A stretch of 40,432 bases of DNA from Nemertoderma westbladi (Eukaryota; Animalia; Xenacoelomorpha): NCBI GenBank assembly GCA_032718475.1, contig JAUCBJ010007581.1, forward strand, positions 1 through 40,432. Direction: 5' to 3'. Both the position numbers and the translations under genes were made by a program. Each line of letters opens with the position of its first letter. Within the stretch, counting starts at the first letter, position 1. Positions 12,821-25,578 of the stretch are shown here, piece by piece. Below the pieces are notes generated by a model. That model made no database searches and was not told the DNA's origin. It worked only from the letters and a program-made list of their open reading frames with translations.

Positions 12821-15800
12821 TTAGGAACCGAGAGGTTCATTACTGTAAGAATTGTTGGCTGACTGGCTGGCTGGCTGGCTGGCTGGTTAATCTATAGCCA
12901 AAACTACTCTAACGATTTTGATGAAATTTTCACAGCGGCTGGATACCGCGATTCTAAGGTCCCTGGTATGTTCCGCTATTTCGTCCATGAGCCATGGGCT
13001 CGAAAAATAGACATAAACGAAAAAACGCCATAGGCGCAATGGTAAAATAACACCAATAACAGCTGGTGTCGTGATGAAAAATGGCTTATGTAATGGATTT
13101 ATACACAAGGCTTAGTATAAATCGATGAGGTTGCCAAGATTATTGTACTTAGTACACCCATACTGTTTGTTTAGGCCCTAGGACACTCTGTCAAAGCAAA
13201 TATTAACTGGTTGGTTTAGTTAGAAATCTATTATCGCCTCAGCTGAATTACTCTTCCCAATGCATTCTATGAGAATATCTCACTCTGCTAATGTAAGCTG
13301 AATGACTTTAAGTACACAGTGTGTTGGCTACATTAATGCCAACATTATTGCAAAATGTTTTATTGTTGGATTACTCTCTGTCAGTCTCCCCTTCAGAACA
13401 TTGTATAGGGAATTTACTTTAGTTTACTCTACTGTGCCATTCAGCTGAATGGATTTGAGCGATTGCCAAGTTACAGAGTTGTATCATTCTCTGACCATAG
13501 GCAAAGACAAATCTTTTTAAAAATATAATTTTTCCATGTTTTTTTTTCTGACCAAAAATTTCAAAAAAAAATTTTCGTAGCCAGTACTGCCAATCGATTC
13601 GCCATCAAAAATAACGCAAAAAATTTTTTTTGCAAAATTTTAAATTACTGTAAATTTTTGGCGACTGGGGGGGGTCAATTTTTTTCGATCCGCTATAACT
13701 CCGGAACGCTTTGTCCAAATTCGATGGGGTTTTTATTTTTCAACTTAATTCGATGTCCTCTTTCAGTCTATCCATGTTTCGAAACCCCAAACAGCGCCGT
13801 TCAAAATTAATTGATTGACTGGCTGACTGGTTAATCTATAGCCAAAACTACTCTAACGATTTTGATGAAATTTTCACAGCGGCTGGATACCGCGATTCTA
13901 AGGTCCCTGGTATGTTCCGCTATTTCGTCCATGAGCCGTGGGCTCGAAAAATAGACATAAACGAAAAAACGCCATAGGCGCAATGGTAAAATATCACCAA
14001 TAACAGCTGGTGTCGTGATGAAAAATGGCTTACGTAATGGATTTCTACACAAGGCTTAGTATAAATCGATGAGGTTGCCAAGATTATTCACTTAGTACAC
14101 CAATACTGTTTGTTTAGGCCCTAGGACACTCTGTCAAAGCAAATATTAACTGGTTGGTTTAGTTAGAAATCTATTATCGCCTCAGCTGAATTACTCTTCC
14201 CAATGCGCACTCTATGGGAATATCTCCCTCTGCTAATGTAAGCTGAATGACTTAAGTACACAGTGAGTTGGCTACATTAATGTCAACATTATTACAAAAT
14301 GTTTTATTGTTGGACTCTCTGTCAGTCTCCCCTTCAGAACATTGTATAGGGAATATACTTTAGTTTACTCTACTGTGCCATTCAGCTGAATGGATTTGAG
14401 CGATTGCCAAGTTACAGAGTTGGATCATTCTCTGACCATAGGCAAAGACATCAAATCTTTTTAAAAATATAATTTTTCCATGTTTTTTTTCTGACCAAAA
14501 ATTTCAAAAAAAAATTTTTCATAGCCAGTACTGTCAATCGATTTGCCATCAAAAATAACGCAAAAAATTTTTTTTGCAAAATTTTAAATTACTGTAAATT
14601 TTTGGCGACTGGGGGGGGGTCAATTTTTTTCGATCCGCTATAACTCCGGAACGCTTTGTCCAAATTCGATGGGGTTTTCATTTTTCAACTTAATTCGATG
14701 TCCTCTTTCAGCCTATCCATGTTTCGAAACCCCAAACAGAGCCGTTCAAAAATTAATTTTTTCTAGTTCTAGAATTTTACAAATTTCAAAAAAGTTGCAG
14801 TATTTTATTAACGCCTTTACGGAATTCGATAGCGTTTTCGATTTTTATATTAAACGCAATATCCTGAATCTCACTAGCCTAGTTTCGCGTCACCAATGCC
14901 AAGACTTCATACTTTTTGAGGAAAATTTTTCTAGAATAATTTTTATTTAATAACATTTATCGCGATTTCTTATTACTGGTTGCACATGAACTGATGGAGT
15001 TTTCAATTTATTAACTAAACACGATATCGCGCATCGCACCAGCGTGGTTTCGAAATTCCAAAACGAGGTCTTCACTAGTTGCAGGTCGATTTTGTTCTAG
15101 AATTGAGCAAATAATAATAGATCAAATTTATTAATAATTATTGTATGAAATATGATTGTATTTTTACATAATTATTAGTTTTATACTAATTCTCGATGTC
15201 TCTTTTAAATTAAAATAAAAAGTCGGTTCCTTAGCGGGCCGCTAGGCCCGTCACTAGTTAGGAACCGAGAGGTTCATTACTGTAAGAATTGCTCGTGGCT
15301 GACTGATTGACTGACTGACTGACTGACCTACAGCCAAAACTACTCTAACGATTTTGATGAAATTTTCACAGCAGCTAGATACCGCGATTCTAAGGTCCCT
15401 GGCATGATCGGCTACTCCGTCCATAGCCTCTGTGTTCGAAAAATAGAGATAAACGAAAAAACGCCATAGGCGCAATGGTAAAATAACACCAATGACAGCT
15501 GGTGTCCTGATGAAAAATGGCTTATCTAATGCATTTCTACACAAGGCTTAGTAATAAATCGATGAGGTTGCCAAGATTATTATTATTATACTTAGTACAC
15601 TCATACTGTTTATTTAGGCCCTACCAACCACTCACCACTCTCTGGCAATGCAAACATTAACTGGTTGGTTTAGTTTGAAATCTAGTATCGCCTCAGCTGA
15701 ATAACTCTTCCCAATGCATTCTAGGGGAGTATCCAAGTTTCTCCCTCTGCTAATGTAAGCTGAATGACTTAAGTACACAGTGAGTTGGCTACATTAATGT

Positions 15801-18800
15801 CAACATTATTACAAAATGTTTTATTGTTGGACTCTCTGTCAGTCTCCCCTTCAGAACATTGTATAGGGAATATACTTTAGTTTACTCTACTGTGCCATTC
15901 AGCTGAATGGATTTGAGCGATTGCCAAGTTACAGAGTTGGATCATTCTCTGACCATAGGCAAAGACATCAAATCTTGTTAAAATATACTTTTTCCATGTT
16001 TTTTTTTCTGACCAAAAATTTCAAAAAAAATTTTTCGTAGCCAGTACTGTCAATCGATTTGCCATCAAAAATAACGCCAAAATTTTTTTTTGCAAAATTT
16101 TAAATTACTGTAAATTTTTGGCGACTGGGGGGGGGTCAATTTTTTTCGATCCGCTATAACTCCGGAACGCTTTGTCCAAATTCGATGGGGTTTTCATTTT
16201 TCAACTTAATTCGATGTCCTCTTTCAGCATATCCATGTTTCGAAACCCCAAACACCGCCGTTCAAAAATAAATTTTTTCTCGTTCTAGAATTTTACAAAT
16301 TTCAAAAAAGTTGCAGTATTTTATTAACGCCTTTACGGAATTCGATAGCGTTTTCGATTTTTATATTAAACGCAATATCCTGAATCTCACTAGCCTAGTT
16401 TCGCGTCACCAATGCCAAGACTTCATACTTTTTGAGGAAAATTTTTCTAGAATAATTTTAATTTAATTACATTTATCGCGTTTTCTTATTACTGGATGCA
16501 CATGAATTGATGGAGTTATCAATTTATTAACTAAACACGATATCGCGCATCGCACCAGCGTGGTTTCGAAATTCCAAAACGAGGTCTTCACTAGTTGCAG
16601 GTCGATTTTGTTCTAGAATTGAGCAAATAATAATAGATCGAATTTATTAATAATTATTGTATGAAATATGATTGTATTTTTACATAATTATTAGTTTTAT
16701 ACTAATTCTCGATGTCTCTTTTAAATTAAAATAAAAAGTCGGTTCCTTAGCGGGCCGCTAGGCCCGTCACTAGTTAGGAACCGAGAGGTTCATTACTGTA
16801 AGAATTGCTCGAGACTGGCTGGCTGGCTGACTGACTGACTAATCTACAGCCAAAACTACTCTAACGATTTTGATGAAATTTTCACAGCGGCTAGATACCG
16901 CGATTCTAAGGTCCCTGGTATGTTCCGCTATTTCGTCCATGAGCCGTGGGCTCGAAAAATAGACATAAACGAAAAAACGCCATAGGCGCAATGGTAAAAT
17001 AACACCCATGACAGCTGGTGTCGTGATGAAAAATGGCTTATGTAATGCATTTCTACAGAAGGCTTAGTAATAAATCGATGAGGTTGCCAAGATTATTATA
17101 CTCAGTACACCCATACTGTTTGTATAGGCCACCACTCTCTGTCAAAGCAAACATTATGAACTGGTTGGTTTAGTTTGAAATCTAATATCGCCTCAGCTGA
17201 ATTACTCTTCCCAATGCAATCTATGGGAATATCTCACTCTGCTAATGTAAGCTGAATGACTGTTACGTACACAGTGAGTTGGCTACATTAATGCCAACAT
17301 TATTGCAAGATGTTTTATTGTTGGATTACTCTCTGTCAGTCACCCCTTCAGAACATTGTATAGGGAATTTACTTTAGTTTACTCTACTGTGCAATTCAGC
17401 TGAATGGATTTGAGCGATTGCCAAGTTACAGAGTTGGATCATTCTCTGACCATAGGCAAAGACATCAAATCTTTTTAAAAATATACTTTTTCCATGTTTT
17501 TTTCTGACCAAAAATTTCAAAAAAAAATTTTTCGTAGCCAGTACTGCCAATCGATTCGCCATCAAAAATAACGCAAAAAATTTTTTTTGCAAAATTTTAA
17601 ATTACTGTAAATTTTTGGCGACTGGGGGGGGGTCAATTTTTTTCGATCCGCTATAACTCCGGAACGCTTTGTCCAAATTCGATGGGGTTTTTATTTTTCA
17701 ACTTAATTAGATGTCCTCTTTCAGCCTATCCATGTTTCGAAACCCCAAACAGCGCCGTTCAAAAATTAATTTTTTCTAGTTCTAGAATTTTACAAATTTC
17801 AAAAAAGTTGCAGTATTTTATTAACGCCTTTACGGAATTCGATAGCGTTTTCGATTTCTATATTAAACGCAATATCCTGAATCTCACTAGCCTAGTTTCG
17901 CGTCACCAACGCCAAGACTTCATACTTTTTGAGGAAAATTTTTCTAGAATAATTTTTATTTAATTACATTATAGCGATTTCTTATTACTGGTTGCACATG
18001 AATTGATGGAGTTTTCACTTTATTAACTAAACACGATATCGCGCATCGCACCAGCGTGGTTTCGAAATTCCAAAACGAGGTTTTCACTAGTTGCAGGTCG
18101 ATTTTGTTCTAGAATTGCGCAACTAATAATAGATCGAATTTATTAATAATTATTGTATGAAATATGATTGTATTTTTACATAATTATTAGTTCTATACTT
18201 ATTCTCGTTGTCTCTTTTATTTAAAATAAAAAGTCGGTTCCTTATCAGGCCGCTAGGCCCGTCACTAGTTAGGAACCGAGAGGTTCATTACTGTAAGAAT
18301 TGCTCGTGGCTGACTGATTGACTGACTGACTGACTGACCTACAGCCAAAACTACTCTAACGATTTTGATGAAATTTTCACAGCAGCTAGATACCGCGATT
18401 CTAAGGTCCCTGGCATGATCGGCTACTCCGTCCATAGCCTCTGTGTTCGAAAAATAGAGATAAACGAAAAAACGCCATAGGCGCAATGGTAAAATAACAC
18501 CAATGACAGCTGGTGTCCTGATGAAAAATGGCTTATCTAATGCATTTCTACACAAGGCTTAGTAATAAATCGATGAGGTTGCCAAGATTATTATTATTAT
18601 ACTTAGTACACTCATACTGTTTATTTAGGCCCTACCAACCACTCACCACTCTCTGGCAATGCAAACATTAACTGGTTGGTTTAGTTTGAAATCTAGTATC
18701 GCCTCAGCTGAATAACTCTTCCCAATGCATTCTAGGGGAGTATCCAAGTTTCTCCCTCTGCTAATGTAAGCTGAATGACTGTTAAGTACACAGTGTGTTG

Positions 18801-19785
18801 GCTACATTAATGCCAACATTATTGCAAAATGTTTTATTGTTTGATTACTCTCTGTCAGTCTCCCCTTCAGAACATTGTATAGGAAATTTACTTTAGTTTA
18901 CTCTACTGTGCCATTCAGCTGAATGGATTTGAGCGATTGCCAAGTTACAGAGTTGGATCATTCTCTGACCATAGGCAAAGGCAAATCTTGTTAAAATATA
19001 CTTTTTCCATGTTTTTTTTTCTGACCAAAAATTTCAAAAAAAATTTTTCGTAGCCAGTACTGCCAATCGATTCGCCATCAAAAATAACGCCAAAATTTTT
19101 TTTTGCAAAATTTTAAATTACTGTAAATTTTTGGCGACTGGGGGGGGGTCAATTTTTTTCGATCCGCTATAACTCCGGAACGCTTTGTCCAAATTCGATG
19201 GGGTTTTCATTTTTCAACTTAATTCGATGTCCTCTTTCAGCATATCCATGTTTCGAAACCCCAAACACCGCCGTTCAAAAATAAATTTTTTCTCGTTCTA
19301 GAATTTTACAAATTTCAAAAAAGTTGCAGTATTTTATTAACGCCTTTACGGAATTCGATAGCGTTTTCGATTTTTATATTAAACGCAATATCCTGAATCT
19401 CACTAGCCTAGTTTCGCGTCACCAATGCCAAGACTTCATATCTTTTGAGGAAAATTTTTCTAGAATAATTTTAATTTAATTACATTTATCGCGTTTTCTT
19501 ATTACTGGATGCACATGAATTGATGGAGTTATCAATTTATTAACTAAACACGATATCGCGCATCGCACCAGCATGGTTTCGAAATTTCAAAACGAGGTCT
19601 TCACTAGTTGCAGGTCGATTTTGTTCTAGAATGGAGCAACTAATAATAGATCGAATTTATTAATAATTATTGTATGAAATATGATTGTATTTATACATAA
19701 TTATTAGTTCTATACTAATTCTCGTTGTCTCTTTTATTTAAAATAAAAAGTCGGTTCCTTATCGGGCCGCTAGGCCCGTCACTAG
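12821..19785 (+). mobile_element. Five type-A HINE-like units (12821-~13810, ~13811-15257, 15258-16773, 16774-18268, 18269-19785)
   Basis: CTAG ends at 15257, 16773, 18268 and 19785; near-identical ~1.5-kb non-coding body. Confidence 0.85.
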
Positions 19786-20868
19786 TATAATTATTAGCAA
19801 GTCGTTAGACTTGATTACTGTAAGAATTGTTAGCTGACTGGCTGACTGACTGGCTGACTGACTGGCTGACTGACTGGCTGACTGACTGGCTGACTGACTG
19901 GCTGATCTACAGCCAAAACTGCTCTAACGATTTTGATGAAATTTTCACAGCATCTAGATACCGCGATTCTAAGGTCCCTGGCATGATCGGCTACTCCGTC
20001 CATAGCCTCTGGGCTCGAAAAATAGAGATAAACGAAAAAAACGCCATAGGCGCAATGGTAAAATAACACCCATGACAGCTGGTGTCCTGATGAAAAATGG
20101 CTTATGTAATGCATTTCTACACATGGCTTAATGTAAGGCTTAGTAAATAATAAATCGATGAGGTTGCCAAGATTATTGTACTTAGTACACCCATACTGTT
20201 TGTTTAGGCCCTGCACTCTCTGTCAAAGCAAATATTAACTGGTTGATTTAGTTTGTGGTTCTACACAGGCTTAGTATAAATCGATGAGGCTGCCAACTGG
20301 TTGGTTTAGTTTGCAATCTATTACCGCCTCAGCTGAATAACTCTTCCCCCTGCTGAATGACTATTAGGTATACAGTGTATCGGCTACATTAATGCCAACA
20401 TTAATACTGTGGAGGCTGTATGCTTATAAGGTGGAATGTTTACTCAGCCTTATACTGATACTCTGTAAGGCTAAGACTAACATTATAGTTTGAAAAATAT
20501 AAAAATCACTTCTTATTATCTGTATTGGGTTAATAATCACTGTGGCATTCAAAATGTTTTATAGGTGATTGACATTTAGTGCAAGCTGAATGACTGTTAG
20601 TTACAGAGTACTACTGCACTGTATTTTATTTTTAAATCTTTCGTCCAACATTAATACTTTGGAGGTTATATGCTTATAAGGCGAATGTTTACTCAGCTTC
20701 ATACTGATACACTGTAAGGCTAACACTGACGTTATAGTTTAAAACATAAAAATCACTGGTTATTATCTGTATCAGGTTACACACTGTGGCATTCAAAATG
20801 TTTAAATGTTTTATAGGTGATTGATATTTAGTGCAAGCTGAATGACTGTAGGTTACAGAGTACTATTG

Positions 20869-21620
20869 TACGGTGGCTGATTTAGGCCACATTTAATTTA
20901 ATTTTTTTTCGAAGAGGATTAAGAAAAAAAATAAACTAAATTATATTATTTAGGGGATTAAGAAAACAGAAACAAATTAAACTAAATTATGCGAATATTG
21001 ATTTCTGATTGGTTGAAAAAATAAATAAACTAAATTAAGTTATTTCTGATTGGTTTAAAAAATAAATAAACTAAATTAACTGTATTTCTGATTGGTTGAA
21101 AAAATAAATAAACTAAATTAAGTATATTTCTGATTGGTTGAAAAAATAAATAAACTAAATTAAGTTATTTCTGATTGGTTAAAAAAATAAATAAACTAAA
21201 TTAACTGTATTTCTGATTGGTTGAAAAAATAAATAAACTAAATTAAGTTATTTCTGATTGGTTGAAAAAATAAATAAACTAAATTAAGTTATTTCTGATC
21301 GGTTAAAAAAATAAATAAACTAAATTAACTGTATTTCTGATTGGTTGAAAAAATAAATAAACTAAATTAAGTTATTTCTGATTGGTTGAAAAGATAAATA
21401 AACTAAATTAAGTTATTTCTGATTGGTTGAAAAAATAAGTAAACTAAATTAAGGGAGGTTTCTGATTGGTTGAAAAAATAAATAAACTAAATTAAGTATA
21501 TTTCTGATTGGTTGAAAAAATAAATAAACTAAATTAAGTTATTTCTGATTGGTTAAAAAAATAAATAAACTAAATTAACTGTATTTCTGATTGGTTGAAA
21601 AACTAGATAAACTAAATTAT
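20869..21620 (+). repeat. Left TIR: ~132-bp outer segment plus 15 copies of a 41-42-bp repeat (TTTCTGATTGGTTGAAAAAATAAATAAACTAAATTAA-variable)
   Basis: Counted CTGAT(T/C)GG cores between 21001 and 21620. Confidence 0.95.
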
Positions 21621-21723
21621 ACAGTCTGACTCGAGGCTAGTCAGATATTGGACTACTGCTTTAGTCAGTGTAGTTAGTTGGAGTGGAGTCATGTACTATC
21701 TTACCCGGTACTGTTGTTAGATT

Positions 21724-22977
21724 ATGACTCCTACGGCATGCTATTTGTTGATCAGTATATTTACCATGTCGTCCAGTCTTACAGAAGGGTCGGATCAGTA
21801 TGCAAAGTTACTAGAGGATTACTTTTGGAAGGGTTACCAGCATAAAGAAATATGTACTCTCCTTTCTAGTAATGACGGATTCCCAGTGACTTCTTCTAGG
21901 ACTGTTAGAAGAAATTTAAATAAACTAGGCTTAATAAAGCGATTTAATCCTCTCCAGTTCCCCACTGTTATATCTACTATGATAGAAGAAATAAGTAAAG
22001 ATATGAACACGAGTGGCCTTGGTTATAGGCAAATGCAGAAGTTATTATTGTTAAATCATAAATTATATGTACCGAAAAAGTTAGTTGGTCAACTCCTTCG
22101 TTTATTAGAACCGAACGCAGTTAGGAGAAGGATTAGTAGGAAAGTGGTCAGACGTACTTATATTTCAAAGGGCCCAAATTACTTACTACACATAGATGGG
22201 TGGGACAAGCTAAAGCCCTACGGTTTGGCTGTTCATGGGGGAATCGACGGCTATAGCCGTAAACTATTCTGGCTTAAATGCCATCGCACGAATAATGATC
22301 CGTTTATAATCGGTGAATATTTTATTGATGCCCTTAAAGAGCTAGGCGGTGTCCCGCACATTATTAGGTCTGATCGTGGCACAGAAAACGTCAATGCAGA
22401 ATTCTTTCAACGACTTTTACGTCTATATGAACTAAATATTTCTGATCCACAAGTTTTTATATATGGAAAAAGCACGCGCAATCAGCGCATTGAATCATGG
22501 TGGTCTAAGTTCCCAATGCTCGGCATGCAAACTTGGTTGTCTCACTTTGGATCGCTGGAAATTTATGGCATTATAGACACATCTAATAATCTACATATTG
22601 AGATAGTGCGTTACGTTTATTTAGACTTACTTCAAAGAACACTTGACTCTATTAGAATTCAATGGAATAGCCACCGACTTCGTAAAAGTGGACTTATTTC
22701 ACCTGGGGGTAAACCTGACATATTGTTTGTCGATAATCCAAACTATTTGCATCCAGTTAGTATAGAGGATATCAATCTGATTGACAGATTTAACTCGGTA
22801 ATGACAATTAACATGCGAACATGCCGAAGGTCTGTATCAAACATCTGTGACTATTACTTATCAAGAAACCCACATATTATATCTCCTCAGCAAAGTAGTA
22901 CGTTATGGCAATGTGCCGATGTATTGGTATATCTAATAGATTCAATCGAACAAGCATTGGTTAATGTAGTAGTGTGA
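21724..22977 (+). CDS. Integrase-core (IS3/retroviral-like) DDE transposase, apparently intact, 417 aa
   Basis: N-terminal HTH-like region (GYQHKEIC..SSRTVRRNLNKLGL), LGYRQM, RRTYISKGPNYLLHIDGWDKLKPYGLAVHGGIDGYSRK (D158), IIRSDRGTEN (D217), GKSTRNQRIESWW (E257), WNSHRLR..GKPDILF. The true start may be the ATG at 21766. Confidence 0.92.
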   Translation: MTPTACYLLISIFTMSSSLTEGSDQYAKLLEDYFWKGYQHKEICTLLSSNDGFPVTSSRTVRRNLNKLGLIKRFNPLQFPTVISTMIEEISKDMNTSGLGYRQMQKLLLLNHKLYVPKKLVGQLLRLLEPNAVRRRISRKVVRRTYISKGPNYLLHIDGWDKLKPYGLAVHGGIDGYSRKLFWLKCHRTNNDPFIIGEYFIDALKELGGVPHIIRSDRGTENVNAEFFQRLLRLYELNISDPQVFIYGKSTRNQRIESWWSKFPMLGMQTWLSHFGSLEIYGIIDTSNNLHIEIVRYVYLDLLQRTLDSIRIQWNSHRLRKSGLISPGGKPDILFVDNPNYLHPVSIEDINLIDRFNSVMTINMRTCRRSVSNICDYYLSRNPHIISPQQSSTLWQCADVLVYLIDSIEQALVNVVV

Positions 22978-23590
22978 ATTCAACATTATGTGTACTATAT
23001 TATATCAATATATATGTTATATAATAATATGTATTGTTAAAATTTATATTTTTTACCCCTCAGTCAATGGTAGCGGTAAATAAGATTTGCATTATTTACT
23101 TAGGTAAATGAGGATTATTACTCTTCAATCAACCAACTTTGTACCCCCCCCCCCCCCCCCCATCCACAACAGGCTGGTACAGTTCATGTCGTTGTTTTCA
23201 GTCGAGAAGGGTGCAGGTTATATAGTGACGGACCGATTGTAACCAAAACAACAAACGAGACTCGATAGCACATGTTACATATTAATTTTATACTAGTAAT
23301 CAGCTGTAACTAAGGATCTATCTAAGTCGCAGGACATTATGTGTGTATTACGTGTGAACTGAAAAGCAAATCACATCAAATCCCCCCCCCCCCCCCCCCT
23401 CTCTTACCAAACCTCCGGCTCCGGAGGGGGGACTTCAGCAACTGAAAAAGGTTGTAAACAAACTTGAACGCAACTAATTATTGAAAATAAGAAGAAAGAT
23501 TATTTGTATCTAAAAAATAACACAATTAATATACAATAAAAAATAACACAATTAATATACAATAACACTTTCTTTACATCATTGTATTGA

Positions 23591-25578
23591 TCAATAATCT
23601 GAAAATAAGTACCCCATTCCGTTCATGAGTAGTTTCTGTATCTCTTCCTTCAACTCCATATAGGAGTTATAGTCTGTTGGTAACGTTAACAGTGGGGTAC
23701 ATGTTCTCGCAGTTATCGAACGTCCGAAACTCGATTGGAACTTGTCCTCCTTGAAAAATCCAACCACAATAAATTCACATACAAGAAGATTTGAACCAGT
23801 AACAAATCGAACGAATGCTTCCAATAACTTTGGGTCGAACTCCCTCAACATCTTTTTAAGATAACCTTGAATCTCGATCTCGAGTTGCGCCTTTGACATA
23901 TCTAAGGGGAAGTTTAGTTTTTTCCACAAACTAGAGTTTCTGGTGTAATCCCGGTCTTTGCAACAGTCTCACCAAAATAAGCAAACTTACAGAATATGCT
24001 TGATATCCTTATCGGCCAGTATCCTTCATTAACAAATCCATACCAAGCTACTTTCGCAATAATATGCCACATCTCCTCTGTCCAGTCGTGTCTAACAGTG
24101 GGTACAAGAGCACTGGAACCTTTTGTCCCCTTCAGATAGAATTCTTCCCAAAAAAGCGTTAACATTTCTCGTGTCAATCCTTTATCATCTATACCCCTCT
24201 CATCCACAAAACTTACGTCCAGTAAATTCACCGTTATATTATCAAGGGCAGTAAATACTCCTATAACATCATTGAATAGATTACTTCTATTAAGTATCAC
24301 TGAGACCTTCTTATTGCCACCCGAAATATCGGCTTCATCATCATAGGTAATAATTTCGTCAATATCTGCTGAGTTATCTAAAAAGTCACCGTATCTCAGA
24401 GGTGGTCTTGCATTTCGCCTTGGACGAGATAAACCATCATTTCGAAGACCAGTATCGTTACTAGACGTACACTGACCATCTTCAAACTGGCGGCTGTAGA
24501 AGACCGATCGTCTTTCAGCCAGTTGTTCTCGGGATATTTCTATGTCGTTATCTTCTTCTGGAACTACAGTTGCACTTGAGAGCATTGGATCTACACCTGT
24601 TTCTGCCGCCAAAATTTCAACTTCGACTTCAACATCCATTGTATCATCATACACTGGTACCGGTACTTCAATAAACTCCTCATCACCTTCAGGTCCTTTA
24701 GATTTGTCTACTGCTAAACTTATATTATATTCATAATCTTGGCGACAAACTAAACATTTACCATTGATCACTTCTATAGCAGAACCAGTGCGACCACAAT
24801 TACACCGGATTCCAGGATCATCCACTACCGGTACCGGTACGCCTATGGTAGTAGTAGTAGTAGTGAAAGAAGATTTTTTCTTACATAAAAGAGATATTGT
24901 AGGAATCCCTACTATTTTACCACTCTCTAAGAACTTCTCCAGTGACTCAAAGCTTTCGATACTATCACCGAACGTATTTGTGACTGTACAAAAATAGTCA
25001 TCTCTATTACAAGCTTTCTTCAGTACTTTTAGAGCCCTGTTTTCCCCACCTTCACTAGAGAAAATGGTATTAATTAAACTTTCACGAACTTCCTGCATTG
25101 TCTGGTTCACCCTGAGTTTAAGTCCAAGTTTATTTGATCCCCCCAGAGGATGTTTTAGAACTTTATGACCACGTCCAGTATCAATGCTACAAGTAAAATG
25201 TATTGTTCGTATTGCCTCTAACGGACGTCCTACAGATCTAGAAATAGGCCTTCGAGTAGATAGCACATCTTGACGGCGATGTTGCAACCGCCGTGTACCA
25301 GAACTTAGACTCCGCTGGTTATGTGAAATTCTAATAGGATTATTGGCATTGTCACTAATTGTACCCTGAGTTAATTGCCCAGCTTCCATATATAGGTTTG
25401 AGTGTGAACCATTTACATGACCTGTCAGGCGTGATGTACCAGTAGAGGAAGACCTATTAGTATCAACTGATGCAGAATCATGAAATATGCGATAAACTTC
25501 ATCCACACGGAGATAGGTATCCCTCCTTAAGTCTGTTAAAAGCCGCCGTTTCTCCTGATCATCAGGCCCCCCTTCCAT
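23591..25578 (-). pseudogene. HECT-type E3 ubiquitin ligase-like second ORF, split by a frameshift near 23914-23970
   Basis: ORF 23914-25578 ends with a HECT N-lobe start (LNRSNLFNDVI..VSFVDERGIDDKGLTREMLTLFWEEF..GYWPI). ORF 23591-23929 is a HECT C-lobe (LLEAFVRFVTGS..ITARTCTPLLTLPTDYNSYMELKEEI) with the putative catalytic Cys codon at 23699-23701. Confidence 0.85.

Noticed and set aside
21724-22977. LTR retrotransposon, Polinton or bacterial IS origin of the integrase
   Set aside because: No RT, gag, LTR, polB or capsid genes; TIR-bounded two-gene layout with a eukaryotic HECT partner.
24542-24997. Ser/Thr-rich plus-strand ORFs (also 1069-1302 and 9338-9553)
   Set aside because: Antisense shadows of the real minus-strand reading frames.
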